Positions 52,244 through 52,614 of a stretch of DNA of 52,614 nucleotides are shown here, in pieces. Each line of letters opens with the position of its first letter. Positions within the stretch are counted from its first letter, which is position 1. This DNA comes from Minisyncoccota bacterium (GTDB taxonomy: Bacteria; Patescibacteriota; Minisyncoccia; Phycocordibacterales; GCA-2747955): assembly GCA_020628915.1 (NCBI GenBank), contig JAHDEI010000004.1, forward strand, positions 1-52,614, written 5' to 3'. The notes below the pieces were generated by a model. The model saw only the letters and a list, made by a program, of their open reading frames with translations. It was not told where the DNA came from and did no database searches. The position numbers and the translations under genes are program-made.

Positions 52244-52614
52244 TTAAATTATTTCTTTGGGTCTGTACTGAATCGCTTCTAGAATATGAGGATCCTCAAT
52301 TGCCTCAGACCCTGAGAGATCTGCAATGGTTCGCGAAAGCCTCAATATTTTATGATACACGCGGGGTGAAAAATCCATGCGCTCTGCTGCTTGGTTTAAT
52401 AACGCTTTTGCTGAATCTGAGAGTCGAATAATTGTGATGTCTTCATTTGAAATTTGTGAGTTCAGGGTATTTTGACCATTCCTATTTGCCTGTATTTCTC
52501 TAGCTTTGGCTACATGTTTTTGTAACAACGAACTTTCTTTGGCCTTAGTCTTTTCGAGTAGGCGTTTGTGTTCGATTTTGGGGACTTCTACCCACATGTC
52601 TATCCTATCCATGA
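52244..52614 (-). CDS. C-terminal part of a YifB/ComM-type Mg-chelatase-like ATPase (5' end lies outside the window)
   Basis: DRIDMWVEVPKIE.. and RVYHKILRLSRTIADLSGSEAIEDPHILEAIQYR are typical of the ComM/YifB C-terminus. Confidence 0.85.
   Translation of the reverse strand, partial: MDRIDMWVEVPKIEHKRLLEKTKAKESSLLQKHVAKAREIQANRNGQNTLNSQISNEDITIIRLSDSAKALLNQAAERMDFSPRVYHKILRLSRTIADLSGSEAIEDPHILEAIQYRPKEII

Overview
This 52.6 kb window is AT-rich and densely packed. The gene content looks like a small-genome bacterium of the CPR/Patescibacteria type, which is an inference from three observations. The core proteins have reduced domain sets: a short YebC and a trigger factor without its PPIase domain. 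There are three paralogous TrmB-like regulators. Many genes appear to be leaderless. The core genes on both flanks are ruvB, yebC, murB, ruvC, a class A PBP, tRNA-Lys, a TrmH-type methyltransferase, glyQS and tig on the left. On the right they are a sigma-70 factor, a GT2 glycosyltransferase, an apt-Nudix fusion, prs, hup, an AI-2E transporter, metG, an SGNH hydrolase, tatD, a DUF3179 protein and a ComM/YifB C-terminus. The stretch from about 24.6 to 40.0 kb looks accessory. It starts with an 870 nt mostly non-coding region holding DnaA-box-like sites, TGTACA palindromes and two near-consensus promoters. Next is a visibly GC-richer four-gene operon: a kinase-fold protein with a degenerate catalytic loop, a vWA/MIDAS protein, a highly divergent adenylosuccinate-synthetase-like ligase and an Arg-tailed unknown protein. 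A large protein with a C-terminal nucleotidyltransferase motif lies convergent to it. After that come a CsoR-controlled copper module with a membrane-anchored multicopper oxidase, several orphan genes, and a large serine recombinase. The recombinase reading frame runs into a tRNA-Gly(GCC) gene, which is followed by a degenerate copy of the tRNA 5' half. The four-gene operon is my best candidate for an undescribed system. Its function cannot be established from sequence alone. All calls come from reading the ORF translations and the DNA by eye; no searches were run.
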